45,498 bases of DNA from Sphingomicrobium sp. Its GTDB lineage: Bacteria; Pseudomonadota; Alphaproteobacteria; Sphingomonadales; Sphingomonadaceae. The notes beneath the pieces were generated by a model. It did no database searches, was not told the origin of the DNA, and was given only the letters and a program-made list of their open reading frames with translations. A program made the position numbers and the translations under genes. Below are positions 37,628 to 45,498 of this stretch, in pieces. How positions within the stretch are numbered: position 1 is the first letter of the stretch; every line of letters starts with the position of its first letter. The stretch is from contig JBDSSR010000050.1 in NCBI GenBank assembly GCA_039928675.1, positions 1 to 45,498 of the forward strand, given 5' to 3'.

Positions 37628-38056
37628 CTATTTCGCCATTGTCAGCGGTACGTAGGCGACTCGCTTCAAGCTAATCGTTCGGCCCTTGTCGCTGGTTGTC
37701 TGGCCGGTTTCGCCTACAGCGACCTTGGGGTCGGTCCAGCAGATTTCGCCCTCCTTGGTCATTGCGCTGGTGAAACAGATCTTGTCTGCCTTCATCGCGG
37801 CAGTTCCATGGTCGAGGTGCTTGGTCCCCGACTGGGCGATATAATTGCCGTTCTCGTCGATCGATTCCTGGATTGGGGCTTTCGTCTTGGGATCGGTCAT
37901 TTCCCAGCTGGTTCCCTTGATATCGAATGCAGCCGGGGTCGTGGCGGGCGCGGTTGCAGCGGCGTCGCTTGCGCTATTGTCCGCCGCTGGTGCGTCATTG
38001 GACTTCGAACAGCCGGCAAGCGCGAGTGCGGCAGCAAGGCAGATTATCGAGCGCAT
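37628..38056 (-). CDS. Hypothetical lipoprotein
   Basis: Lipobox LAGC; Ala-rich linker; CF...CW pair; GGGGG RBS. Confidence 0.8.
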   Translation of the reverse strand: MRSIICLAAALALAGCSKSNDAPAADNSASDAAATAPATTPAAFDIKGTSWEMTDPKTKAPIQESIDENGNYIAQSGTKHLDHGTAAMKADKICFTSAMTKEGEICWTDPKVAVGETGQTTSDKGRTISLKRVAYVPLTMAK

Positions 38057-38121
38057 GGCATTTCCCCCATCGGTTGAGGAATGCAGCCTAGACCCACCGA
38101 GCGGCGCTGGCGAATCCGGAC

Positions 38122-39318
38122 TTAGACCAGTTCCACCGCTACCGCGGTCGCCTCGCCGCCACCGATGCAAAGGCTTGCCACTCCGCGCTTCCCGCCGGTC
38201 TGTTTAAGGGCGTTGATCAGGGTCACCAAAATGCGCGTCCCGCTGGCGCCGATCGGGTGACCGAGCGCGGTCGCGCCGCCGTGAACGTTGATCTTTTCGT
38301 GGCCGATGCCGAGGTCCTTCATGGCGAACATCGCGACACAGGCGAAGGCCTCGTTGACCTCCCACAGATCGACCTCCTCGGCCTTCCACCCGGCCTTTTT
38401 GAGAAGCTTGTGGATGGCTCCGATTGGGGCAACCGTGAATTGCGCGGGCTCCTGGGCGTGGGCGGCGGTTGCAACAATCCGGGCGACCGGCTTCAGCCCC
38501 TTTTCGCGGGCGTTGGATTCGCTCGTCAGTACGACTGCCGCGGCACCATCGGAAATCGATGACGAGGTCGCCGCCGTAATTGTCCCTTCCTTGGAAAAGG
38601 CGGGCTTCAATTGCGGGATCTTGTCGGGGCGGCCACGGCCCGGCGCCTCGTCGGTGTCGACGATGGTTTCGCCTTTGCGGCTGGTGATGGTGACGGGTAC
38701 GATTTCGTCCTTGAACCCGCCATTGTCGATCGCGTCCTTGGCGCGGCGCAGGCTTTCGATCGCATAATCGTCCATCTGCTGGCGGGTCAGCTGATATTCG
38801 TCGGCGGTGCACTGGGCGAAGCTGCCCATCGCCCGGCCTTCCTCATAAGCATCCTCGAGCCCGTCGAGGAACATATGGTCGTAGGCCGTGTCATGCCCGA
38901 TGCGCGCGCCGGAGCGGTGCTTCTTGAGCAGGTACGGGGCGTTGGTCATCGATTCCATGCCGCCGGCCACGATCACTTGCGCGTTGCCAGTGCGGATCGC
39001 CTCGTCGCCCATGATCACGGTCTGCATGCCCGAACCGCACACCTTGTTGACGGTGGTTGCCTGGACCGACTTGGGAAGTCCGGCCTTGAGCGCTGCCTGG
39101 CGCGCCGGCGCCTGGCCGAGACCGGCGGGCAGAACGCAGCCCATGTAAATGCGGTCGATGTCCTCGCCTGAAACGCCGGCTCGCTCGACAGCCGCCTTGA
39201 CCGCGGTTGCGCCAAGGTCGGTGGCCGAAGCCTCGGCAAGCGCGCCCTGCATCGCGCCCATCGGGGTGCGGGCGATCGAAAGGATGACGGTCGGATCGGA
39301 CGATGCTGCGCTGGCCAT
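38122..39318 (-). CDS. Acetyl-CoA C-acyltransferase (thiolase)
   Basis: NKVCGSG, GGMESM, NEAF, GHPIGASG, CIGGG. Confidence 0.95.
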   Translation of the reverse strand: MASAASSDPTVILSIARTPMGAMQGALAEASATDLGATAVKAAVERAGVSGEDIDRIYMGCVLPAGLGQAPARQAALKAGLPKSVQATTVNKVCGSGMQTVIMGDEAIRTGNAQVIVAGGMESMTNAPYLLKKHRSGARIGHDTAYDHMFLDGLEDAYEEGRAMGSFAQCTADEYQLTRQQMDDYAIESLRRAKDAIDNGGFKDEIVPVTITSRKGETIVDTDEAPGRGRPDKIPQLKPAFSKEGTITAATSSSISDGAAAVVLTSESNAREKGLKPVARIVATAAHAQEPAQFTVAPIGAIHKLLKKAGWKAEEVDLWEVNEAFACVAMFAMKDLGIGHEKINVHGGATALGHPIGASGTRILVTLINALKQTGGKRGVASLCIGGGEATAVAVELV

Positions 39319-39329
39319 GATTATCTCCA

Positions 39330-39345
39330 ATGTTGCAGCGCACAT
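39330..39345. promoter_or_regulatory. Imperfect palindrome with TGC-N3-GCA core (PhaR-like site)
   Basis: ATGTTGCAGCGCACAT just upstream of the thiolase RBS. Confidence 0.35.
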
Positions 39346-39414
39346 AGGTAGTGCACCCGCCTTGTTCAAACCGCAAAGCGAGTGCTAGTCGCCGAGCCGA
39401 ACGGGAGACGCGAC

Positions 39415-40566
39415 ATGTCCGAGCCAGGACTCGATTTCGATCTGGGCGAAATGGCCGACACGATCCGCGATACGACGCGGCGCTTCACCGCCGACAAGAT
39501 CACGCCGATCGCCGCGAAGATCGATGAAAGCGACGAGTTTCCCCGTCAGCTGTGGCCGCAGATGGGCGAGCTCGGGCTTCACGGGATCACCGTCGAGGAG
39601 GAATATGGCGGGCTTGGCCTCGGCTATCTGGAACATGTCGTCGCGCAGGAGGAAGTGGCACGCGGCTCGGCTTCGGTGGGCTTGAGCTATGGCGCTCACT
39701 CAAATCTTTGCGTCAACCAGATCCGCCGCTGGGGAAATGCCGAGCAGAAGCGCGCGTATCTGCCCCGGCTGATCAGTGGCGAGCATGTCGGGGCGCTTGC
39801 GATGAGCGAGGCCGGATCGGGCAGCGATGTCGTCGGAATGAAGCTCAAGGCGGAAAAGTCCGGCAATGGCTACCGGCTCAACGGCACCAAGTTCTGGATC
39901 ACCAACGGTGGCTGTGCCGATACGCTCGTGGTCTATGCCAGGACCGGAGAGGGGAGCCGTGGGATTACCGCCTTCCTCGTCGAAAAGGGCATGGACGGCT
40001 TTTCCATCGGGCAGAAGATGGACAAGCTGGGGATGCGCGGCAGCCCGACCAACGAGCTCGTGTTCGACGATTGCTTCGTTCCCCCCGAAAATGTGCTCGG
40101 CGAGGAAAATAAGGGCGTCGAAGTGCTGATGAGCGGTCTCGATTACGAGCGCACGGTGCTCGCCGGTATCCAGCTCGGGATCATGCAAGCGTGCCTCGAC
40201 ACTGTTCTGCCCTACGTCCGCGAGCGCAAGCAGTTCGGAAAGGCGATCGGCAGCTTTCAGCTGATGCAGGCCAAGGTCGCCGACATGTATGTCGCGCTCA
40301 ATTCCGCGCGCGCCTACGTTTATCAGGTGGCGCGGGCATGCGACGCGGGCAGGACGACCCGGTTCGACGCTGCCGGAGCGATCCTTCTTGCGTCCGAAAA
40401 TGCAGTCAAGGTCGCCAACGAAGCGGTTCAGGCGCTTGGAGGCGCCGGATACACCAAGGATTGGCCCGTCGAACGCTATTATCGCGACGCCAAGCTGCTC
40501 GACATCGGTGCCGGGACAAACGAGATCCGCCGCATGCTCATCGGTCGCGAGTTGATCGGGGCGTGA
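39415..40566 (+). CDS. ivd: Isovaleryl-CoA dehydrogenase
   Basis: [48 protein letters not shown]. Confidence 0.93.
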   Translation: MSEPGLDFDLGEMADTIRDTTRRFTADKITPIAAKIDESDEFPRQLWPQMGELGLHGITVEEEYGGLGLGYLEHVVAQEEVARGSASVGLSYGAHSNLCVNQIRRWGNAEQKRAYLPRLISGEHVGALAMSEAGSGSDVVGMKLKAEKSGNGYRLNGTKFWITNGGCADTLVVYARTGEGSRGITAFLVEKGMDGFSIGQKMDKLGMRGSPTNELVFDDCFVPPENVLGEENKGVEVLMSGLDYERTVLAGIQLGIMQACLDTVLPYVRERKQFGKAIGSFQLMQAKVADMYVALNSARAYVYQVARACDAGRTTRFDAAGAILLASENAVKVANEAVQALGGAGYTKDWPVERYYRDAKLLDIGAGTNEIRRMLIGRELIGA

Positions 40567-40945
40567 GCCTGCTCTGGATTTCCGCTGCGCTGATGGGCGT
40601 GACCGCGATAACCCACAGCTGGCTCGGCGAAGTCAAATTGGTTGGCCCGATGCTTCGCGGACGAAGCGGGGTTCTTCGCAATGACTTCGCGCGCGTTATC
40701 GTGCGCTACGCCTGGCACGTTACCAGCGCATTGATGCTGGCATCAGCGCTGACCATCTCCTGGCCCGGGGCACCGCGAGACCTGGTCCGGGCGATCGGCG
40801 GAATCTGGATCGCGCTCGGACTGGTCAGCCTGGTCGCGTCGCGCGCAAAACATGTCGGTTGGCCGATCCTTGGCCTGGCCGGCATTATGGCGGTGATCGG
40901 CGCCTAGTTTACTCGCGCGATATCGGCCGCGAGTTGATTGGGGTG
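40540..40945 (+). repeat. Imperfect 24-bp direct repeat of the ivd 3' end (40540-40563 and 40922-40945)
   Basis: ATCGGTCGCGAGTTGATCGGGGCG vs ATCGGCCGCGAGTTGATTGGGGTG, 21/24 identical. Confidence 0.75.
40563..40907 (+). CDS. Small multi-TM hypothetical membrane protein
   Basis: GTGA overlap with ivd; HSWLGE, YAWH, HVGW His motifs; about 4 TM helices. Confidence 0.75.
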   Translation: MSLLWISAALMGVTAITHSWLGEVKLVGPMLRGRSGVLRNDFARVIVRYAWHVTSALMLASALTISWPGAPRDLVRAIGGIWIALGLVSLVASRAKHVGWPILGLAGIMAVIGA

Positions 40946-41001
40946 CGACTGGCGTAACTCGCAAATTGCGGTTAGCGTGATCGCGCAACCGGGGGGTGCG
41001 C

Positions 41002-41814
41002 ATGCGGTTTTGGGGCTTGCCATTAATTTGCGCCGCACTTGCGGGCTGCAATTCGGCTCACGAGCCACAGCAAGCCGCTGCTCCGCCACCGGTGACCTTC
41101 GAAGGCGCGCAAGTGACCCATGCGGCGGCGAAGGTCGCCCATGGCGAGCGGATCGCGTCGGTGCTGGGGTGCCGCGGCTGTCACACGGCGACGCTCCAGG
41201 GGCAGCGATTTTACGAGCTCTATGCATCCAACCTCACCCGCGAAATCCCCAAATACAGCGATTCTCAACTGGAGCGATTGCTCCGCCACGGCGAGCACCC
41301 CAGCGGACGCACAGTGTGGGGCATGCCGTCGGAGATATTCCAGCATCTGGACGATACCGACCTGGCGACGCTCACCGCCTATTTGCGCACGATGAAGCCC
41401 GCTGGGCCACCGACTGGCAAGCCGCTCCCGTTCGAGCGTGATACGAAGAAACTGGTCGCCGAAGGCAAGATCATGCCCGCCGCGCAATCGGTTGCCCGAG
41501 ACAGGAATATTGGTCCGCCCGACCTTGGCGAAACGCATTCGTTGGGTCGGTACATCACCCGGGTGACCTGCGCCGAATGTCACGGTCCAGCGCTCAAGGG
41601 CAATCCCGGTGACACGCCCGACCTCATCGCTGTTGGCGGCTATTCGCGCGCCGACTTCGAGCAATTGCTGACCAAGGGCGTCCTTCCGGGCGGACGCAAG
41701 TTCAAAAACCCCCTGATGGGTGAGGTTGCCAAAAGCCGATTCACCCATTTGACGCCACACGAACGCGACGCAGTTTATGTCTACCTCAAAGCGCGCGCCG
41801 AACGGTCGCAATAG
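41002..41814 (+). CDS. Diheme c-type cytochrome lipoprotein
   Basis: Lipobox LAGC; CRGCH and CAECH; ASNLT and MP motifs. Confidence 0.9.
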   Translation: MRFWGLPLICAALAGCNSAHEPQQAAAPPPVTFEGAQVTHAAAKVAHGERIASVLGCRGCHTATLQGQRFYELYASNLTREIPKYSDSQLERLLRHGEHPSGRTVWGMPSEIFQHLDDTDLATLTAYLRTMKPAGPPTGKPLPFERDTKKLVAEGKIMPAAQSVARDRNIGPPDLGETHSLGRYITRVTCAECHGPALKGNPGDTPDLIAVGGYSRADFEQLLTKGVLPGGRKFKNPLMGEVAKSRFTHLTPHERDAVYVYLKARAERSQ

Positions 41815-41818
41815 TTCG

Positions 41819-42556
41819 CTAAAAGGCGTCCACGATCAGCACTCCGGCGCCGCTAGCCAGCATTGCCGCTGCGCCCCAGCGGGCGAACAGCGCTCCGCGC
41901 AAGGCCAGTTTCTCCACCGCGACCAAGCTTGCCAGAAGCGCGACCCAGCCAAGGTTCATTACTCCGCCCGCGAACAGCAGGATCATCAGCAGCCAGCAAC
42001 AGCCGACGCAGATCGCGCCGTGAAGCAGCCCGAGGCGAAGCGCGCCCGAAGCGCCCGGCCGCCAGTTCCGGGCAAGAAATTGAGCCGGTGAGCGGCAAGA
42101 GCGGAGGCAGGCGTTTTTCCAAGGGGAGAGTTGGTAGGCGCCGGCCGCGATCAAGGCGCCTCCGACCAGCCCGGGAGCGGTTGCGCGCAGATTCATCGCG
42201 CCGATCCAGCGCGAGCCGACCAGTGCCAGTTGCGCAGCCGTCGCAATGACCGAAAAGCCCAGCCAGGCGACCAGATAGCCCAGCAGAAACAGCCAGGGAG
42301 AAGCTATCTCGGTGCTCTTTCCGCGGCTATTGCGAACATGGGCGTAGAGCAGGACGGCGGGCATTGCCGATGGCAACATCATCGCTGTCATCATCACCCA
42401 CCACATCGCCAGGACGAGGGCGAAATCCTGGGCCATGGTCATCGCCCCGCCGAGCAGCAGATAGGCCCAGGCGAGCAATGCCAGCAGGACGATCCCGCAT
42501 ATCAGGAACGGGCGTTCGAACCGCGCTGCGAACCGGTTGAAACCGCCGCCGGTCAC
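41819..42556 (-). CDS. DUF2182 family predicted metal-binding membrane protein
   Basis: MWWVMMTAMMLPS, YQLSPWKNACL..CRSP, CVGCCWLLM, GVMNLGW, EK. Confidence 0.85.
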   Translation of the reverse strand: MTGGGFNRFAARFERPFLICGIVLLALLAWAYLLLGGAMTMAQDFALVLAMWWVMMTAMMLPSAMPAVLLYAHVRNSRGKSTEIASPWLFLLGYLVAWLGFSVIATAAQLALVGSRWIGAMNLRATAPGLVGGALIAAGAYQLSPWKNACLRSCRSPAQFLARNWRPGASGALRLGLLHGAICVGCCWLLMILLFAGGVMNLGWVALLASLVAVEKLALRGALFARWGAAAMLASGAGVLIVDAF

Positions 42557-42557
42557 G

Positions 42558-43190
42558 TCAGGTGCGGACGACTCCGTGACTGTTGAGGTGGAGGTAGGCG
42601 AACTGCCCGTAGCTGTCCTTGATATCGATCGGAACCGTGCCAGATCCCGCGCTCGACGCGCTACCGATGTCGGCCACTTCATATTCGAACCCGGCCGGCA
42701 GGCGGATCTGGGCGCGCTGTTCCTCGCCGCTGACCTTGCTCTTCAGCGGCTCGCCGATCATGGTCACATGGCCAAGCACGGTCATTCGGCCCTTGCGGGC
42801 GTCGATGTCGACCTCGAAGTCGATCGCCGTGAAGACCGGGGGATGCATCGTTTCAATGGTCGAGGCGTAAACCGCGAACATCGTCGCGAACGGATCGGTA
42901 TCCTGACCGGTCATGATCTTGAGCAGAGCGTCGCGCTGCGCCTCGTCGGCACGCTCATCAACGAACGCAATGGCCTCGCCATGGCCTTCATGAATTGCCC
43001 CCGGCCATTTGAAGATCGCCCCGACGCGCAGACCGTCGAGTCGGGTCTCGCCATGGTTCCCTTGGTCGATCTCGATCGCCGCGACCGCATGGCAATGGCC
43101 CTTGTCGGGCAGTCCCGAGAACTGGCAGCTGCACCCGTAATCGCAAGAGCAATTAACGAGTTCGCGCCCCTTGAATTCCCAATAAGTCAT
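42558..43190 (-). CDS. DUF1326 family Cys-rich protein
   Basis: NCSCDYGCSC...CH N-terminal motif; WPGAIHEGHG; DERADEAQRDAL; GGAG RBS. Confidence 0.85.
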   Translation of the reverse strand: MTYWEFKGRELVNCSCDYGCSCQFSGLPDKGHCHAVAAIEIDQGNHGETRLDGLRVGAIFKWPGAIHEGHGEAIAFVDERADEAQRDALLKIMTGQDTDPFATMFAVYASTIETMHPPVFTAIDFEVDIDARKGRMTVLGHVTMIGEPLKSKVSGEEQRAQIRLPAGFEYEVADIGSASSAGSGTVPIDIKDSYGQFAYLHLNSHGVVRT

Positions 43191-43240
43191 GTGAGACTCC
43201 CCTGAATATGGCAAAAATCTAGCATAGCTTGGGTGGGATT

Positions 43241-43262
43241 GCTCCCTCGCGATGGAGGGAGC
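43241..43262. terminator. Hairpin downstream of the M13 peptidase gene
   Basis: GCTCCCTC-GCGATG-GAGGGAGC perfect 8-bp stem; no U-tract. Confidence 0.35.
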
Positions 43263-43277
43263 CATTGGATCAGCCGA

Positions 43278-45347
43278 TTATCCCCACAGCTTGACCCGCT
43301 TGTCCGGGGGCAGGTAAAGTTTTTGCCCAGGCTTGACGTTGAACGCCGGATACCAGGCGTCGAGGTTGCGGACGGTCAGTGCACGCACCTGGTCGGGCGC
43401 GTGGCCGTTGGTCAGGACCAGATTACGAAGCGCGGCGTCGCGGGTCTTGTCGGCCCACGCCTGGGCGAAGGCGATGAAGAACCGCTGGTCCCCGGTCAGG
43501 CCCTGAATGGTCGGTGCCGGCTTGCCGTTGAGCGAGGCCTTATAGGCTTCGTACGACGCGCCCAGCCCGGCGACATCGGCGATGTTCTCGCTCAGCGTCA
43601 GCTTGCCTTTGACGTGAACGCCCGGGAGCACTTCATATTGGTCGAACTGCGCCGCAAGCGCATCGCCCGAGGCGGTGAAGCGCTTGAAGTCGGCCGGGGT
43701 CCACCAGTTGCGGAACGCACCGCTGGCGTCGAACAGGGCGCCGCCATTGTCGAAGCTATGGCTGATTTCATGGCCGATGACGCTTCCGATCGCGCCGTAA
43801 TTATAGGCCGCATCCGCCGTTGGATCGAAGAACGGCCTGACCAGGATCGCGGCCGGGAAATTTAGAGCATTTTGAACCGGCAAATTTACCGCGTTGACCA
43901 GCTGCGGCGGCATCCACCATTCCTTGCGATCCATCGGCTTGCCGATCTTGGCGATCTGGAAGCGATACTCCGCTAGCCGCGCTTCGCGCTGATTGGCGTA
44001 AGCGTTGTCGCCGGTAATCTGCAGCGCCGAATAATCGCGCCAGCTGTCGGGATAGCCGACTCCAACGACGATCCCGCGAACCTTTTTCAGCGCTTCCTGC
44101 TTGGTCGAATCCGCCATCCAGTCGAGCGCCTGCACGCGCCGGGCGAAGGCCTCCTTGATATTATCGACCATGGTCTGGATCGCAGCCTTGGCCGAGGCCG
44201 GGAAATATTTGTCGACATAAGCTTTGCCGACCGCGTCCTGAAGCGCGTTGCTGGTCGCGTTCAATGCCGAAATATCGCGCGGGCGCGGCTTGGGCGTACC
44301 CTGAAGTTCGGTCCCGTTGAAGGCGAAGCTGGCGTCCCGGAACGGCTTGGGAAGAACGTTCGCCTGTTGGTTGAGCGTGTGGAACGCGAGCCAGTCCTTC
44401 CAGTTCTGAAGCGGCTCTGCGGCGACAAGCGCCGCAAGCTTGGGGATTGCTGCGAAATGATAGGCGTCGAACTTCCCAACGCTGCCGAGCTGGGCAGCGT
44501 CGAGGAGCGCTGCCCAATCGATGCCCGGGGCCTTCTGCTCGAGCTCGGCGCGGGTCCACACCTTCGTTCCGTTGGCGAAGTCCTCGCTTTGCTCGCGGCC
44601 CTCGTGCGCCTGCGCAATCTTGGTTTCGAGATCCATGATCCGTCCGGCCGCTCCGGCGGGATCGGTGTAGCCCGCAAGCTGCAGCATCTGTTGCACATAG
44701 GCTTTGTACTTGCCGCGCGTGCCGACCATGTCCGGCGCGGCCGACAGATAATAATCGCGGTCGGGCAGGCCGAGCCCGCCCTGCATCAGATAGGGGAGTT
44801 GCTCGCCTGGCGTTGCAAGGCCCTGGCTGACAAAAATGCCGAACAAATTCTGCGTCGAATAATTGGTCGCGTTAAGCGGATCGGTGTCCGCGCGAAGCCT
44901 GCTGCCAATGGTCGTGGCAAGCGCGCGCTTGTCGGCAATTGCACTGATTGCGTCGAGATCGGCCTTGGCCGGAGTAACGCCCGAGCGGTCGATTGCGTCG
45001 GTGTCGAGATAGGCCTTGTAGTAATTGGCGATGAGCGCGTCGTTGCCGCTGGTCGGATTCGACTTGATGATTGCGTCGAACAGCTCGCGCGTGTTCTTTT
45101 CACGCTGCTGGTCAGCGACCCAGAAGGCCCCGATCGAAGAGCGGTCGGCGGGAATCTCGGTCTTCTTCAGCCAGCCGCCATTGGCATATTGGTAAAAATC
45201 ATCGCCCGGGACGGCAGTCTTGTCCATCGAAGCAAGGTCGATCCCGATGTCGGCACCTGGCGCCGGAGCGCTGACGTTGCCGGTACTGGTGTTGCACGCG
45301 GCAAGCGCGAGCGTGGAAACGAACAGCAGTGCGGTGGAGCGCTTCAT
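43278..45347 (-). CDS. M13 family metallopeptidase lipoprotein
   Basis: Lipobox LAAC; PGDDFYQYANGGW; VNA; HEISH; ENIAD; HAP. Confidence 0.95.
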   Translation of the reverse strand: MKRSTALLFVSTLALAACNTSTGNVSAPAPGADIGIDLASMDKTAVPGDDFYQYANGGWLKKTEIPADRSSIGAFWVADQQREKNTRELFDAIIKSNPTSGNDALIANYYKAYLDTDAIDRSGVTPAKADLDAISAIADKRALATTIGSRLRADTDPLNATNYSTQNLFGIFVSQGLATPGEQLPYLMQGGLGLPDRDYYLSAAPDMVGTRGKYKAYVQQMLQLAGYTDPAGAAGRIMDLETKIAQAHEGREQSEDFANGTKVWTRAELEQKAPGIDWAALLDAAQLGSVGKFDAYHFAAIPKLAALVAAEPLQNWKDWLAFHTLNQQANVLPKPFRDASFAFNGTELQGTPKPRPRDISALNATSNALQDAVGKAYVDKYFPASAKAAIQTMVDNIKEAFARRVQALDWMADSTKQEALKKVRGIVVGVGYPDSWRDYSALQITGDNAYANQREARLAEYRFQIAKIGKPMDRKEWWMPPQLVNAVNLPVQNALNFPAAILVRPFFDPTADAAYNYGAIGSVIGHEISHSFDNGGALFDASGAFRNWWTPADFKRFTASGDALAAQFDQYEVLPGVHVKGKLTLSENIADVAGLGASYEAYKASLNGKPAPTIQGLTGDQRFFIAFAQAWADKTRDAALRNLVLTNGHAPDQVRALTVRNLDAWYPAFNVKPGQKLYLPPDKRVKLWG

Positions 45348-45436
45348 ATCGACCCTTTCACGGACGGTTTTGCCAAGCCCTGCAGCACCCGCTAGGCCGA
45401 CGGCAGGTCTTTTCGACCAACGGACCGAAAGTAAAG

Positions 45437-45498
45437 ATGAGCGCGCCTCGAATTGACAGCAAAATCTCGCTCGACGGCGAGGAATATCATGCTCGAGC
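45437..45498 (+). CDS. Probable 5' end of methylcrotonyl-CoA carboxylase beta subunit (truncated by the window edge)
   Basis: MSAPRIDSKISLDGEEYHAR resembles carboxyltransferase N-termini; liu context; only 20 codons visible. Confidence 0.45.
   Translation, partial: MSAPRIDSKISLDGEEYHAR

Overview
High-GC, gene-dense alphaproteobacterial chromosome segment. Gene content, order and the two-piece tmRNA point to Sphingomonadaceae (inference). It is mostly housekeeping: radA, cvpA, cysS, a Kef-type antiporter, aroK, xerD, accA, comF, grxC, folE, mscL, lemA, nadC and part of a leucine-catabolism (liu) cluster, plus tRNA-Arg(CCT) and a circularly permuted tmRNA (tag ANDNEALAIAA). I saw no prophage, IS, integron or CRISPR array. 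The most interesting signals are non-coding or small: (1) a LytS/LytTR two-component pair flanked by a shared 41-bp motif with about 21-bp periodicity, one copy preceding a structured leader and a 29-aa signal-peptide-only ORF; (2) a switch-like structured leader before an uncharacterised gene at 25389; (3) a diverged duplicate of the ivd 3' end bracketing a cargo gene inside the liu cluster; (4) a 'nitronate monooxygenase' that looks FabX/UfaA-like with a Cys cluster; (5) a coupled DUF6356-like/flavoprotein/folE operon. All calls come from reading motifs by eye; no database search or RNA folding program was run.
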